In this document: positions 1 to 12,831 of the stretch, piece by piece | How the letters are laid out: every line of letters begins with the position of its first letter | How positions within the stretch are numbered: the first letter of the stretch is position 1 | NCBI GenBank assembly: GCA_038087875.1 | Contig: CM075989.1 | Location: 1,426,001 to 1,490,000 of the forward strand | Direction of reading: 5' to 3' | DNA length: 64,000 bases | Source of the DNA: Malacoraja senta | Lineage: Eukaryota | Program-made: the position numbers and the translations under genes | Notes under the pieces: model-generated | What the model was told of the DNA's origin: nothing | Seen by the model: only the letters and a program-made list of their open reading frames with translations | Databases searched by the model: none

Positions 1-62
1 GGGGGGGGTGGGGGTGGGGGAGCTGGGGGGGGGGGGCTGGGGGGGGGCTGGGGTGGGGGGGG
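1..62. repeat. G-rich low-complexity tract
   Basis: Runs of G separated by T or CT. Confidence 0.9.
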
Positions 63-90
63 AAGAATTACATACATACAAAGATACATC

Positions 91-1725
91 GACAATAGAT
101 GCAGGAGTAGGCCATTTGGTTCTTAGAGCCAGCACCGCCATTCAATGTGATCATAGCTGATCATCCACAATCAGTACCCTGTTCCTGCTTTCTCCCCGTA
201 CCCCTTGTTTCCGCGAGTCGTAAGTGCTCTATGTAACTCTTTTGAATGCATCCAGTGAATCGGCCTCCACTGCCTTCTGAGGCAGAGAATTCCACAAATT
301 CACAACTCTCTGGGTGAAATTTTTTTCCTCATCTCAGCTCTAAATGGCCTGTCCCTTATTCTTAAACTGTGGCCCCTGGTTCTGGACTCCCCCAACATAG
401 GGAACATGTTTCCTGCATCTAGCGTTGCCAATCCCTTAATAATTTTATATATTTCTATAAGATACCCTCTCATCCTTCTAAATTCCAGTGAATACAAGCC
501 CAGTCGCTCCATTCTTTCATCATATGACATTCCCGCCATCCCAGGAAATTCACCTCGTGAACCTACTCTGCACTCCCTCAATAGTAAGAATGTCCTTCCT
601 CAAATTAGGAGACCAAAACTGCACAGAATACTCCATGTGTGGTCTCACCAGGGCCCAGTACAACTGCAGAACGACCTCTTTGCTCCTATACTCAGCTCCT
701 CTTGTTATGAAGGCCAACATGTCATTAGCTTTCTTCACTGCCTGTTTTACCTGCATGCTTACTTTCAGTGACTGATGTACTAGGACACCCAGGACTCGTT
801 GTATTTCCCCTTTTCCTAACCTGACACTATTCAGATAATAATCTGCCTTCCTGTTCTTCCCCTCCAAAGTGGATAACCCCACATTTATCCACATTATACT
901 ACATCTGCCATGCATCTGCCCACTCACCCAACCTGTCCAAGTCACCCTGCATCCTCATAGCATCCTCCTCACAGTTCACACTGCAACCCAGCTTTGTGTC
1001 ATCTGCAAATTTGGTAATTTTACTTTTAATTCCTTCATCTAAATCATTAATGTATATTGTAAGTAGCTGCGGTCCCAGCATCGAGCCTTGCGGTACCCCA
1101 CTAGTCATTACCTGCCATTCTGAAAGGGACCCGTTAATCCCTATTCTTTGTTTCCTGTCTGCCAGCCAATTTTCTATCCATGTGAATACCCTATCCCCAA
1201 TACTATGTGCTCTAATTTTGCCCACCACCGATGTCAGGCTAACTGGCCTATAATTCCCTGCTTTCTCTCTCATGCCTTTCTTGAAAAGTGGGATACCATT
1301 AGCTAGCATCCAATCCCCAGGAACTTATCCAGAATCTATAGAACATTGGGAAAATGATCACCAATGCGTCAACGATTTCTAGAGCCACCTCCTTGAGTAC
1401 CCTGGGGATTTATCAGCCTTCAGTCCCATCAGTTTACCCAATACCATTTCCTGCCAAATGTGAATTTCCTTCAGTTCCTCCGTCACCCTAGGTCCTCTGT
1501 CCTCTAGTACATGTGGGTGATTGTTTGTGTCTTCCTTAGGAACTCATCTGTCATTTCTTTGATCCCCATAATAAATTCACCTGTTTCTGTCTTCAAGGGA
1601 CCCACATTTAACTTTTTTTTTTTCTCTTCACATACCTAAAGAAGCATTTACTATCCTCCTTTATATTCTTTGCTAGCCTACCTTCATACTTCATCTTTTC
1701 TCCCTGTATTGCCTTTAAAGTTACC
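91..1725 (-). mobile_element. CR1/HER1-type LINE, 3' half of ORF2 (RT), decayed
   Basis: Minus-strand frames contain NYRPVSLTSVVGK, GVPQGSMLGP, KFADDTKL and LYWALVRPHMEY; frameshifts and an internal deletion; CR1 3' UTR near 95-240. Confidence 0.92.
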
Positions 1726-2289
1726 TGGGTGAATCAAATTGGCAGGGGTGCTGAGGAAGAGGATTTCTTGGAATGTATGCGGGATAGTTTTCTAAACCAA
1801 CATGTAGAGGAACCAACGATAGAGCAGGCTATCCTAGACTGGGTATTGAGTAATGAGGAAGGGTTAGTTAGCAGCCTTGTTGTGCGTGGCCCCTTGGGCA
1901 AGAGTGACCATAATATGGTTGAGTTCTTCATTAGGATGGAGAGTGACATTGTTAATTCGGAAACAAGGGTCCTGAACTTAAAGAAAGGTAACTTTGAGGG
2001 TATGAAACGTGAATTGGCCAAGATAGACTGGCAATTGATTCTTAAAGGGTTGACGGTGGATATGCAATGGAAGCCATTTAAAGACTGCATGGATGAACTA
2101 CAAAAATTGTTCATCCCAGTTTGGCAAAAGAATAAATCAGGGAAGGTAGTGCATCCGTGGATAACAAGGGAAATCAGGGATAGTATCAAAATAAAAGATG
2201 AAGCATACAAATTAGCAAGAAAAAACAGCCTACCAGGGGACTGGGAGAAATGCAGAATCCAGCATAGGAGGACAAAGGGCTTAATTAGG
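1726..2289 (+). mobile_element. CR1 LINE fragment, endonuclease C-terminal part and linker
   Basis: ILDWVLSN...PLGKSDHNMV (APE-type SDH motif); nearly the same sequence as 36218-36781. Confidence 0.9.
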
Positions 2290-2370
2290 CTGATCTATCT
2301 TTCCCTCCTAACCCCATTCTCCTGCCTTCACCCGTTAACCCCTGATACCCGTACTAATCAAGAATCGGTC
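2290..2370 (-). mobile_element. CR1 LINE 3' portion (left part of the target of DIRS copy A)
   Basis: Joins seamlessly to 6545 (AAGAATCGGTC|AATCTCTGCC) when the DIRS is removed. Confidence 0.8.
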
Positions 2371-3526
2371 ATTTTACTTCGGAGTCACGTGAGTGACTAC
2401 GTGAAGAAGACCCGTCAGGGCGCATGCGCATCATTACGTCTGACGCATTGGCGCGAACAGCAGCAGGAGGACGGAGCTCCTCCTGCAGGCGAGTAGTTAC
2501 AGCTCCACCAAAGTCGGGGAGACTTTGGAGGAGTTAGAAAAAAGTAGAAATTGTTGCTGTATTTTTCCCCCCATAATGCAGGAACAAGTAAAAAATCATC
2601 AAGTTGCAGGCCTGCTACGGACAAGGAGATAGAGAGCTGCGGGAGCGCAGTCTCTGAAAGGCAGCCTGTCACCTCTGGGAGTCGCAAGCCGGTAGCGGTG
2701 CGGGGACAGACTTGGCAAAGTGCCCAGCCGGGTACACAGCCAACTCCAGTCGGGCGGTAGGCATAAGCCAAGTTTGTCAGGGCCATTGACTCCGCAGAGT
2801 CGGGCCAGGAGAGTCCCGTCGGGGACAGGATACCGTGCCCCAGCGGTTATCAAAAAGGAGCAGCGCATACAGGGGATGCTTCACAAAGCCACACTCCAGG
2901 AGGAGTTGTGCAGGTGGGAGGCCGTGGGGACAACTCCGCCGGCAGTGCCTAGTAGAGGCCTGCTTGAAAGCACCCTCTTTGCAAGAGGTGAGTGCAGAAG
3001 GGCAGATACGCTCTGACCCTGAGTCCGACGACGACTTCCAAAGAGAGGGCATGCAGCGGCCAGAGCTGACACCGTGTGCAGCACGGTTTGCCATGTCGTT
3101 GGACGCTGGTGAGCCTCTGGGTGAGGAACTTGCCACCAGCATAAATTACCAAGTCTCACATCAGCTACAGAAGTTCCTGTTGGGAACAGGAAGATTTGGG
3201 GCAAGATGGGCATACAAATGAGAGCCCAGGAGGAGTTGAAGCTCCCAGCATATTTTTAAGGTGCTGGCATCTGGCATAACGAGCTTTGCCAGGATCGTGG
3301 ATGGAGAGGCCATGATGAAATTACAACAAAAAGGTGTGGCGCTATTGTGAAGTGCCCACTTTGAGATTAACTGCCTCCGTAAGACTGCGTTTAGACCAAC
3401 CATCAACCCTAAATATGCTTCACTCTGCCAGCCTGGCACAGTGCAACCGGCACTAGCTGTTTGGCGAGGATTTTGCAAAGCAGGTGAAGGAGCTGGAGGA
3501 GGTTTGACTTCAGTATCACTGAACAA

Positions 3527-5055
3527 TTGGAAGTTCAGGTGGAACTTACAAGCTTATCTAATAAAGGTGTAATTGCTAAGGCAGTTTACCAAAGCCATCA
3601 GTTTGTGTCCAATATCTTTCCCAGACCAAAAAATGTTGGGGGATGCAGAATTATACAGGACCTGAATAGGCTTAACCCTTTTGTACGGTATAGACATTTT
3701 AAGATGGAAACGTTTTTGAAGGAGATCTTAAAGATGCGGATTCAGTGTCTTCATTTGCAGGATAGAAGATTTAAATTCAGCTGGATGGGGCAATTATGGC
3801 AATACAATGCACTGCCTAATGGTTTGTCTTCAGCTCCTAGAGTAATTACAAAGTTGTTAAAACCTATTCTAGGCATGATGAGAAGTCAAGGGCATGTGCT
3901 CATGGCTTAACTAGATAATATCTTGATTGTAGGACAATCAAAGGAAACAGCTGAAGCATCATTGACAGTTGGTAAAAAACCACTTTTTTAAAAATTGGAC
4001 TTAATCAACATGATTGTGACCTTGCCCAGGCAAAAAAGGGTAGAGCTAATTAAGAGCTGTATCAAGTTAATTGCTGACACACAGCCTTCAATTAGCCAGG
4101 TGATGAGTCTGCTGGGGAAATTGCTGGCAGCATTTCCAGCAGTTCAATAGTGGCCACTTTATTATCTACAATTACAAAGGTCAAAGGAACAAGCACCGAG
4201 GATACATTTGGGTCATTATAATAGACCTATGCTTCTATCAACAGAGGCTGTTGCTGATGTACAATGGTGGATTCAGCATGTGTCCACTAGTAGTTCCAAA
4301 GTGTTATTGGACCAAGCTTCCATGATTTTGCAGACAGATGTCAGAGCACTTGGGTAGGGTGCTACTGATACAAGATCCAGCTGTGGAGACAGATGGACAT
4401 TGCTTCTGCAAACATGGGTAATTAACCAGGAGTATTTTATGGACTCAAGGCTTATGGCACTAACTAAACTAGTTTGCATGTCCAGTGCAAAATAGACAAC
4501 ACTACAGCAGTTGCTGATATGAATCACATGGGTGGAATCAAATCATTATCATGTGACAGGTTGGCAAATAAATTGGACCTGGAGTATGGATAGAGATATT
4601 TGGATTGGAGCTATCTATCTGCCAGGGAAACGTAATGTAGTACCAGATGGCAGGTCACGAAAATTCCGTGATAATACAGAGTGGATGTTGAACCAGGATG
4701 TGTTCAAGAACATGGTACTTCTATATGGAAGGCCAAAATATGTTTCATGGGCACCAGATCCAGGGGCAGTGGCAATTGATGCTTTTTCACTATATTGGGA
4801 TGATATGTTTGTGTACATTTTTCCACCATTCTGCCTCATAGGTCGGTGTTTGAGAAAATCAAGCAGGATGCCGCTTCAGGGGTTTTTGGTGATACCAAAT
4901 TCCCCGATTCAACCATGGTTCCCTTTGATGTTACAGATAGCGATCCAACCTCCTTTTGCTCATTCCAAACAGTAGGAATTTGCTGGAGCATCCAGTAACG
5001 CGTTAAGTTAATCCGTTATGTGATCGTATTGATCTGTTAATTTGCAGGTTTTTTA
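3527..5055 (+). pseudogene. DIRS RT / RNase H / adenine-methyltransferase-like ORF, disrupted
   Basis: FVSNIFPRPK, DLNRLNPF, HFKME, LPNGLSSAPR, MA*LDNI (YLDD site broken), QTDVRA, YLPGKRNVVPDGRSR, IDAFSLYW...YIFPPF. Confidence 0.9.
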
Positions 5056-5058
5056 AGA

Positions 5059-5995
5059 ATGCCTTACATTGGTCGAGGACTTTCTAGGCCAACGGTGGAT
5101 ATACTTACTGCAGCCTGGAGAAAGAGTACTCAAAAGCAGTATATGACTTATGTAACAAAATGGGAACAATATTGTGTTCAAAAGAATATTCAATATGATA
5201 CTGTAGTTATTGAAAATGTGTTAGAGTTTTATCTACACTTTATTATGATGAGGGTTTTAGCTATAGTGCTATCAATACAGCTAGAAGTGCTTTGTCGGCA
5301 TATCTTGTAATAGGTACACGGACACAAAGTATAGGTTCTCACCCTCTCATATCTAGGTTGATGAAAGGAATCTTTAATTCCAAACCGCCTAAGCCTAGGT
5401 ATATGGTAATCTGCGATGTAAGCGTTGTTCTTAACATGCTTTGTCATTGGGTCCCTGTCACGTCTATAACTTTGTAACTGTGCAGACAAAGTGCAGACTT
5501 TGTAAAAACTTCAGTTAGATAGAATGGAAGTGACTACAGAGAATGTTCTGTTTTATATTTATGACCTGCTCAAACAAAGCAGGCCAGGTGTGACAGGATT
5601 TAAGATTATGTTCTCAGCATATCCTACAGATCCATCTTAAGTGTAAAGGACACATTTCTTACATTACATTGAAGCCACAAGGGCTTTAAGACAAGAAGAA
5701 ACAGGATTATTTGTCAGTTACAAGAAGCCAACATAAAAGAGTGGCAGTTCAGACTATCTCAACGTGGTTAAAGCAAGAGTTGGTTCAGGCAGGAATTAAC
5801 ATTTATGTGTTTACATCTCATTCCACTAGCGCAGTAGCAACATCTGCGGCCAGGGCGATGGACGTTCCCATCGACCATATATTAAAAGCCGCAGGTTGGA
5901 AAAATGAACTTGTGTTTCAGCAATACTACCATCGGCCGATTGCCGATGGAGGGCTGTTTGCCCACTCAATATTGAGTGCTGTTGCTATTGTTTAA
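5059..5995 (+). pseudogene. DIRS tyrosine recombinase ORF, frameshifted
   Basis: AWRKSTQKQY, HPLISRLMKG..PPKPRY, HSTSAVATS (HxxR box with R lost), AAGWKN..FQQYY. Confidence 0.9.
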
Positions 5996-6205
5996 AGTCT
6001 GTTTTCAATACTGTTTAATTCTGTTTCGTTTGTTGCCCCTAAATTAAGAGGGTTTATTGGTTGTTTTATGACCAAAAATAAATGTTTTGGTTTTGCACGA
6101 TATGCAATGTCATGTTTACAGCATTATTGATGATACTCAGAGTCAATCGATGCAGTGAGAAGCCGGGATTTTGATCTGCGGCATAAAAATCACAGAGCTT
6201 TAAAA

Positions 6206-6317
6206 TCTTCACGTAGTCACTCACGTGACTCCGAAGTAAAATAGTAAGATTAAACGAGAACTTACCAGTTTGAAGTTTGATCTTTATTTTATGAGGAGTT
6301 ACGCTGGTGATTACGTG
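6206..6317 (+). other. DIRS internal complementary region (ICR), copy A
   Basis: 6206-6242 is the reverse complement of the left end (2371-2407); 6243-6317 is the reverse complement of the right end (about 6470-6544). Confidence 0.93.
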
Positions 6318-6547
6318 CCCGCCACGCCCAACCCTCTCTCATAGAAAAAAGGTCATAATGGTAGTTCTCATGTTGATCATCTTAATATGTTACTTCAATT
6401 ATGGTGTTGTCTGCGATTTCATACCGTTGCTTTGAAGATTGACGCGCATGCGCCCTGACGGGTCTTCTTCACGTAATCACCAACGTAACTCCTCATAAAA
6501 TAAAGTTCAAACTTCAAACTGGTAAATTCTCGTTTAATCTTACTAAT

Positions 6548-7597
6548 CTCTGCCTTTAAAATATCTATTGACTTGGCCTCCACTGCTATCTGTGACAATG
6601 AATTCCACAGATTCACCACCCTCTGACTAAATAAATTCCTCCTCATCTTTCTAAAGATAAGTCCTTTTATTCTGAGGGTCTGGCCTCTGGTCCTGGACTC
6701 TCCACTAATGGAAATATCCTCTCTACATCCACTCTATCCAGGCCTTTCACTATTCGGTAAGTGTCAATCCTCATCCTTCTAACTCCAGCGAGTACAGGCC
6801 CAGTGCCGTCAAACACTCATCATGCGTTACCCCAATCATTCCGGGGATCATTCTTGTAAACCTCCTCTCGACCCTCTCCAGAGCTAGCACATCCTTCCTC
6901 AGATAAGAGGCACCTTAAAGACCTTCAGCATCACATCCCTATTTTTGTATACAAGCCCTCTCAAAATAAATGCTAGCAGTTACAAGCTTTCCTTACTACT
7001 GATTCAACTTGCAAATGAACTTTTTTAGGAATCCTGCACCAGCACTCCCAAGTCCCTTTGCACTTCCAATTACTGGATTCACTCCAATTTAGAAAATCGT
7101 CTACGCCTTTATTCCTGCTACCAAAATGCATGACCACATACTTTGCTACACTGTCTTCCATCTGCCACTTCTTTGCCCATTCTTCCAACCTGTCCGAGTC
7201 GTTCTGCAGAGTCCCCGCCCTCTCTACTCTACCTGCCCCTCACCTCTCTTCATATCATTCACAAACTTTGCCGCAATGCCATCAATCCCCACATCCACAT
7301 CATTAATATACAACGTGAAGAGCAGCGGCCCCAGCACCGAGCCCTGCGGAACTCCGCTAGTCACTGGCAACCAACCAGAAAAAGCCCCCTTTATTGCCAA
7401 TCTTTGCCTTCTGCCATCCAGCCAACCTGCTATCCATGCCATTATCTGCCCGCTGATACCATGGGTTCATATCTTCCTCAGCAGCCTGACATGCACCACC
7501 TTATCAAATGCTGCCTGAAAATCCAGGTTAACAACATCCACTGATTCTCGTTTGTCCTGCTATTTACCTCCTGAAAGAATTCCAACAGGTTTGTCAG
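6548..7597 (-). mobile_element. CR1 LINE RT fragment (right part of the target of DIRS copy A)
   Basis: [19 protein letters not shown] and FSQRVVNLWNSL on the minus strand. Confidence 0.88.
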
Positions 7598-7861
7598 TAG
7601 ATTCTGAACACTTTGGGTTTTGCGATTCAGCTCTGGGGTGCATTTTATTTTCTGTTTTTACTGCACTCAACAAAATCAGATATAGTTTAAGTTATTCAAA
7701 GAACTTTGCACGAGATTCTCACTCACTGCAAAATGCAACCAAATTGAAATCCGTAACAATCACAATCACATACCAGATCCGATTCACCTCAATTACTTCT
7801 ACAAAACCTGCACTAGTTTTCATCTACACCTTCTGTTTTCTGTCCTGCATTTACATCATAG

Positions 7862-7894
7862 TCATGTCACAAAACAAATTAGATTATTCAATAG
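7862..7894 (+). CDS. Candidate 33-nt internal micro-exon of an unidentified host gene
   Basis: Pyrimidine-rich tract then CATAG acceptor; AG|GTGTGT donor; two open phases (MSQNKLDYSI or HVTKQIRLFN); non-repeat context. Confidence 0.3.
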
Positions 7895-7971
7895 GTGTGT
7901 TAGCAATCATACAGCTGTATCTGGCATTCTTAAAGCACAAAAAGTTAAAAACAAACTCCTTGTGGCTGACA

Positions 7972-8281
7972 TTTAGTTTATTTTAGAGACCCAGCATGGA
8001 AACAGGCCCTTCAGCCCATCGAGTTCATGCCGACCAGCGATCCCCGCACACTAACGCTAACCTATACATGCTAAGGACAATTTACAATTATACCAAGCCA
8101 ATTAACCTACAAACCTGTACGTCTTTGTAGTGTGGGAGGAAACCAGAGCACCCAGAGAAAACCCACGCAGGTCACGGGGAGAACGTACAAACTCCGTACA
8201 GATAGCATCCGTAGTCAGGTTCGAACCCGGGTCTCTGGTGCTGTAAGGCAGCAACTCTACAGCTGTGCCACCGTGCCGCCT
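7972..8281 (-). mobile_element. tRNA-derived SINE (HE1/V-SINE-like), full length
   Basis: Minus strand begins GGCGGCACGGTGGCACAGCTGTAGAG (A box), has GGTTCGAACC (B box), and ends in a TAAAC/TAAAA-type tail. Confidence 0.88.
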
Positions 8282-8502
8282 GGTAGGTTAATTTCTTTCA
8301 GGTATAATATTTTATCAATACAAATGTGCCTAATTTCCATGTAAGCTTTTGTTTTGAGGTGAGGCCACATTTGGAGCATTGAGTTCATTGTTGGTCACTC
8401 TGCTGTGGGAGGGATGTCAGTGGAAGTCTGAGTCTCTCTCAGTAGCTCATGTTGTCTGCATGCTTTCCAGCTTAACACCATCTTTCCTGCGGCAGCGTGA
8501 CA

Positions 8503-8678
8503 AATTCCAAATATGTGCAGGTTTGTGGGTTTATTGGCTTCTGTAAAATTGTCGTTAGTGTGTAGGATAGAACTAGTGTACAGGTGATTGCTGGTCGGCA
8601 TGGACTTGGTGGGCCATAGGGCCATGACAATAAACTCTCTTGACTTCACTTGACTCTGTTTCCACACTGTATCTCTAA
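8503..8678 (+). mobile_element. SINE 3' part; its A-rich tail is the target of DIRS copy B
   Basis: TGTTTCCACACTGTATCTCTAA continues as AAATAAAAATAAAAACTAAAG after 12775. Confidence 0.75.
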
Positions 8679-9208
8679 AATAGTAAGATTAAACGAGAAC
8701 TTACCAGTTTGAAGTTTGATCTTTATTTTATGAGGAGTTACGTTGGTGATTACGTGAAGAAGACCCGTCAGGGCGCATGCGCGTCAATCTTCAAAGCAGC
8801 GGTATGAAATCACACGCAACACCATAATTGAAGTAACATATTAAGATGATCAACATGAGAACTACCATTATGAACTTTTTTCTATGAGAGAGGGTTGGGC
8901 GTGGCAGGCACGTAATCACCAACGTAACTCCTCATAAAATAAAGATCAAACTTCAAACTGGTAAGTTCTCGTTTAATCTTACTATTTTACTTCGGAGTCA
9001 CGTGAGTGACTACGTGAAGATTTTAAAGCTCTGTGATTTTTATGCCGCAGATCAAAATCCCGGCTCCTCACTGCATCGATTGACTCTGAGTATCAACAAT
9101 AATGCTGTAAACATGACATTGCATATCATGCAAAACCAAAACACTTTTATTTTTGGTCATAAAACAACCAATAAACCCTCTTAATTTAGGGCAACAAACG
9201 AAACAGAA

Positions 9209-10205
9209 TTAAACAGTATTGAAAACAGACTTTACACAATAGCAACAGCACTCAATATTGAGGTGGCAAACAGCCCTCCATCGGCAATCGGCCGATGGTA
9301 GTATTGCTGAAACAAGTTCATTTTTCCAACCTGCGGCTTTTAATATATGGTCGATGGGAACGTCCATCGCCCTGGCCGCGGATGTTGCTACTGCGCTAGT
9401 GGAATAAGATGTAAACACATAAATGTTAATTCCTGCCTGAACCAACTCTTGCTTTAACCACGTTGAGATAGTCTGAACTGCCACTCTTTTATGTTGGCTT
9501 CTTGTAACTGACAAATAATCCTGTTTCTTCTTGTGTTAAAGCCCTTGTGGCTTCAATGTAATGTAACAAATGTGTCCTTACACATAAACATGGAGCTGTA
9601 GGATATGCTGAGAACACCATCTTAAATCCTGTCACACCTGGCCTGCTTTGTTTGAGCAGGTCATAAATATAAAACAGAACATTCTCTGTAGTCACTTCCA
9701 TTCTCTCGAACTGAAGTTTTTGCAAAGTCTGCACTCTCTGTACTGACACCAATGCCATTAGCATAGCCAATTTCATGGTTAATTTGACCAAAGTTATAGA
9801 CGTGACAGGGACCCAATGACGAAGCATGTTAAGAACAATGATTACATCGCAGATTACCATATACCTAGGCTTAGGCGGTTTGTAATTAAAGATTCCTTTC
9901 ATCAACCTAGATATGAGAGGGTGAGATCCTATATTTTATGTCCGTTATACCCATTACAAGATATGCCAACAAAGCACTTCTAACTGTATTGATAGCAGTA
10001 TAGCTAAGACCCTCATCATAATAAAGTGTAGATAAAACTCTAACACATTTTAAATAACTACAGTATCATATTGAATATTCTTTTGAACACAATATTGTTC
10101 CCATTTTGTTACATAAGTCATATACTGCTTTTGAGTACTCTTTCTCCAGTCTGCAGTGAGTATATCCACCGTTGGCCTAGAAAGTCCTCGACCAATGTAA
10201 GGCAT
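9209..10205 (-). pseudogene. DIRS tyrosine recombinase ORF of copy B, frameshifted
   Basis: KLAMLMALVSVQRVQTL, LKQSRPG, CLCVRTHLLHY, DHILKAAGW. Confidence 0.88.
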
Positions 10206-10209
10206 TCTT

Positions 10210-11960
10210 AAAAAACTGCAAATTAACAGATCAATACGATCACATAACAGATGAACTTAACGCGTTACTGGATGCTCCAGCAAATTCCTACTGTTTGGAA
10301 TCAGCAAAAGGAGGTTGGATCGCTATCTGTAACATCAAAGGGAACCATGGTTGAATCGGGCAATTTGGTATCACCAAAACCCCTGAAGCGGCATCCTGTT
10401 TGATTTTCTCAAACACCGACCTATGAGGCAGAATGGTGGAAAAATGTACACAAACATATCATCCCAATTTAGTGAAAAAGCATCAATTTGCCACTGCCCC
10501 TGGATTTGGTGCCCATGAAACTGATTTTGGCCTTCCATATAGAAGTACCATGTTCTTGAACACATCCTGGTTCAACATCCACTCTGTATTATCACGGAAT
10601 TTTCGTGACCTGCCATCTGGTACTACATTAAGTTTCCCTGGCAGATAGATAGCTCCAATCCAAATATCTCTATCCATACTCCAGGTCCAATTTTATTTGC
10701 CAACCTGTCACATGATAATGATTTGATTCCACCAATGTGATTCATATCAGCAACTGCTGTAGAGTTGTCTATTTTGCACTGCACATGCAAACTAGTTTAG
10801 TTAGTGCCATAAGCCTTGAGTCCATAAAATACTCTTGGTTAATTCCCCATGTTTGCAGAAGCAATGTCCATCTGTCTCCACAGCTGGATCTTATATCAGT
10901 AGCACCCTACCCAAGTGCTCTGACATCTGTCTGCAAATCATGGAAGCTTGGTCCAATAACACTTTGGAACTACTAGTGGACACATGCTGAATCCACCATT
11001 GTACATCAGCAACAGCCTCTATTGATAGAAGCATAGGTCTATTATAATGACCCCAATGTATCCTCAGTGCTTGTTCCTTTGACCTTTGTAATTGTAGATA
11101 ATAAAGTGGCCACTGTTGGTAATGCTGCCAGCAATTTCCCCAGCAGACTCGTCACCTGGCTAATTGAAAGCTGTGTGTCAGCAATTAACTTGATACAGCT
11201 CTTAATTAGCTCTACCCTTTTTTGCCTGGGCAAGGTCACAATGATGTTGATTAAGTCTATTGTGAACCCAACTAGTCAATTTGTGTCACAGGTATTAATT
11301 AAGAATTTCTCTGGATAGCTTATGAAGCCCAATTTTTTAAAGTGGTTTTTACCAACTGCCACTGATGCTTCAGCTGTTTCCTTTGATTGTCCTACAATCA
11401 AGATATTATCTAGCTAAGCCATGAGCACATGCCCTTGACTTCTCATCATGCCTAGAATAGGTTTTAACAACTTTGTAATTACTCTAGGAGCTGAAGACAA
11501 ACCATTAGGCAGTGCATTGTATTGCCATAATTGCCCCATCCAGCTGAATTTTAAATCTTTTATCCTGCAAATGAACAGACACTGAATCCGCATCTTGAAG
11601 ATCTCCTCAAACCGTTTCCATCTTAAAATGACTATACCGTACAAAAAGGGTTTAAGCTATTCAGGTCCAGTATAATTCTGCATCCCCCATCCTTTTTTGG
11701 CCTGGGAAAGATATTGGACACAAACTGATGGCTTTGGTAAACTGCCTTAGCAATTACACCCTTATAACATAAGCTTGCAAGTTCCACCTGAACTTCCAAT
11801 TGTTCAGTAATACTGAAGTCAAACTCCTTTTTGGAACATGTTGCATGGGTAAATCAGAATTTGCATTAAGCGTTATTCGATACCCTTCAATAACCTTCAC
11901 TATAAACATATCTGAGGTATCACATTAGATCTGTCTACATGAGAACCAGACCCATTTACC
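10210..11960 (-). pseudogene. DIRS RT / RNase H / methyltransferase-like ORF of copy B, disrupted
   Basis: LPNGLSSAPRV, MA*LDNI, YLPGKLNVVPD, IDAFSLNW...YIFPPF. Confidence 0.88.
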
Positions 11961-12831
11961 TCCTTACCACCTGGCATTCTTCCCCAGCCTCGAGCTGGAT
12001 ATCTCACCTTCCCTGGCGTTGCTACAGCTGAACGCCAACTGCGCTGCATCGTAGCTGGACTCGTCCCTTGCCCAGACCAGTCTCCTCGCTTATAGGGATA
12101 CTCCTTGGTGGATATGTGGCTGCTGGCTGCTTAATCAATCCCACTGTCTTGGCCTCCTCCTCCAGCTCCTTCACCTGCTTTGCGAAATCCTCGCCAAACA
12201 GCTGTGCCGGTTGCACTGTGCCAGGCTGGCAGAGTGAAGCATATTTTATGCTGGTGGCAAGTTCCTCACCCAGAGACTCACCAGCACCCGACGACATGGG
12301 AAACCGTGCTGCACACGGTGTCAGCTCTGGCAGCTGCCTGCCCTCCCTTTGGAAGTCATCGTCGGACTCAGGGTCAGAGCGTATCTGCCCTTCTGCACTC
12401 ACCTCTTGCAAAGAGGGTGCTTTCAAGCAGGCCTCTACTAGGCACTGCCGGCGGAGCCTTCCCGACGGCCTCCCGCCCTCACAACTCCTCCTGAGGTGAC
12501 AGGCTGCCTTTCAGAGACTGCGCTCCCGCAGCTCTCTCTCTCCTTGTCCGTAGCAGGCCTGCACCTTGATGATTTTTTACTTGTTCCTGTATTGTGTGGG
12601 GAAAAACATACAGCAACAATTTTCTACTTTTTTCTAACTCCTCCAAAGTCTCCCCGACTTTGGTGGAGCTGTAATTACTCACCTGCTGCTGTTCGCGCCA
12701 ATGCGTCAGACGTAATGACGCGCATGCGCCCTGACGGGTCTTCTTCACGTATTCACTCACGTGACTCCGAAGTAAAAATAAAAATAAAAACTAAAGTTAT
12801 GCCCTAAAGTTACGCTATAAACCTACCAATA

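Larger units (their letters stand above)
2371..6547 (+). mobile_element. DIRS1-type tyrosine-recombinase retrotransposon, copy A (intact termini, defective ORFs)
   Basis: Left ITR 2393-2429 is the reverse complement of right ITR 6444-6480; ICR 6206-6317 is complementary to both ends; RT, RNase H, methyltransferase-like and YR remnants in the canonical order; no TSD. Confidence 0.95.
8679..12778 (-). mobile_element. DIRS1-type retrotransposon, copy B (inverted close relative of copy A)
   Basis: Same ITR, ICR (8909-9020) and right extension on the minus strand; collinear with copy A apart from several indels. Confidence 0.95.

Noticed and set aside
91..2289. Twin-priming inversion of a single CR1
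   Set aside because: The geometry fits, but the two segments resemble different CR1 subfamilies (18860-type versus 35917-type) and no TSD is visible.
3527..5995. Phage or prokaryotic RT-methylase-integrase cassette, or contamination
   Set aside because: Domain order and ITR/ICR termini are those of eukaryotic DIRS1 elements, and the element is integrated in a vertebrate LINE.
7972..8281. tRNA genes at SINE heads (here and in other copies)
   Set aside because: A and B boxes are followed by SINE body and tail; no complete cloverleaf.
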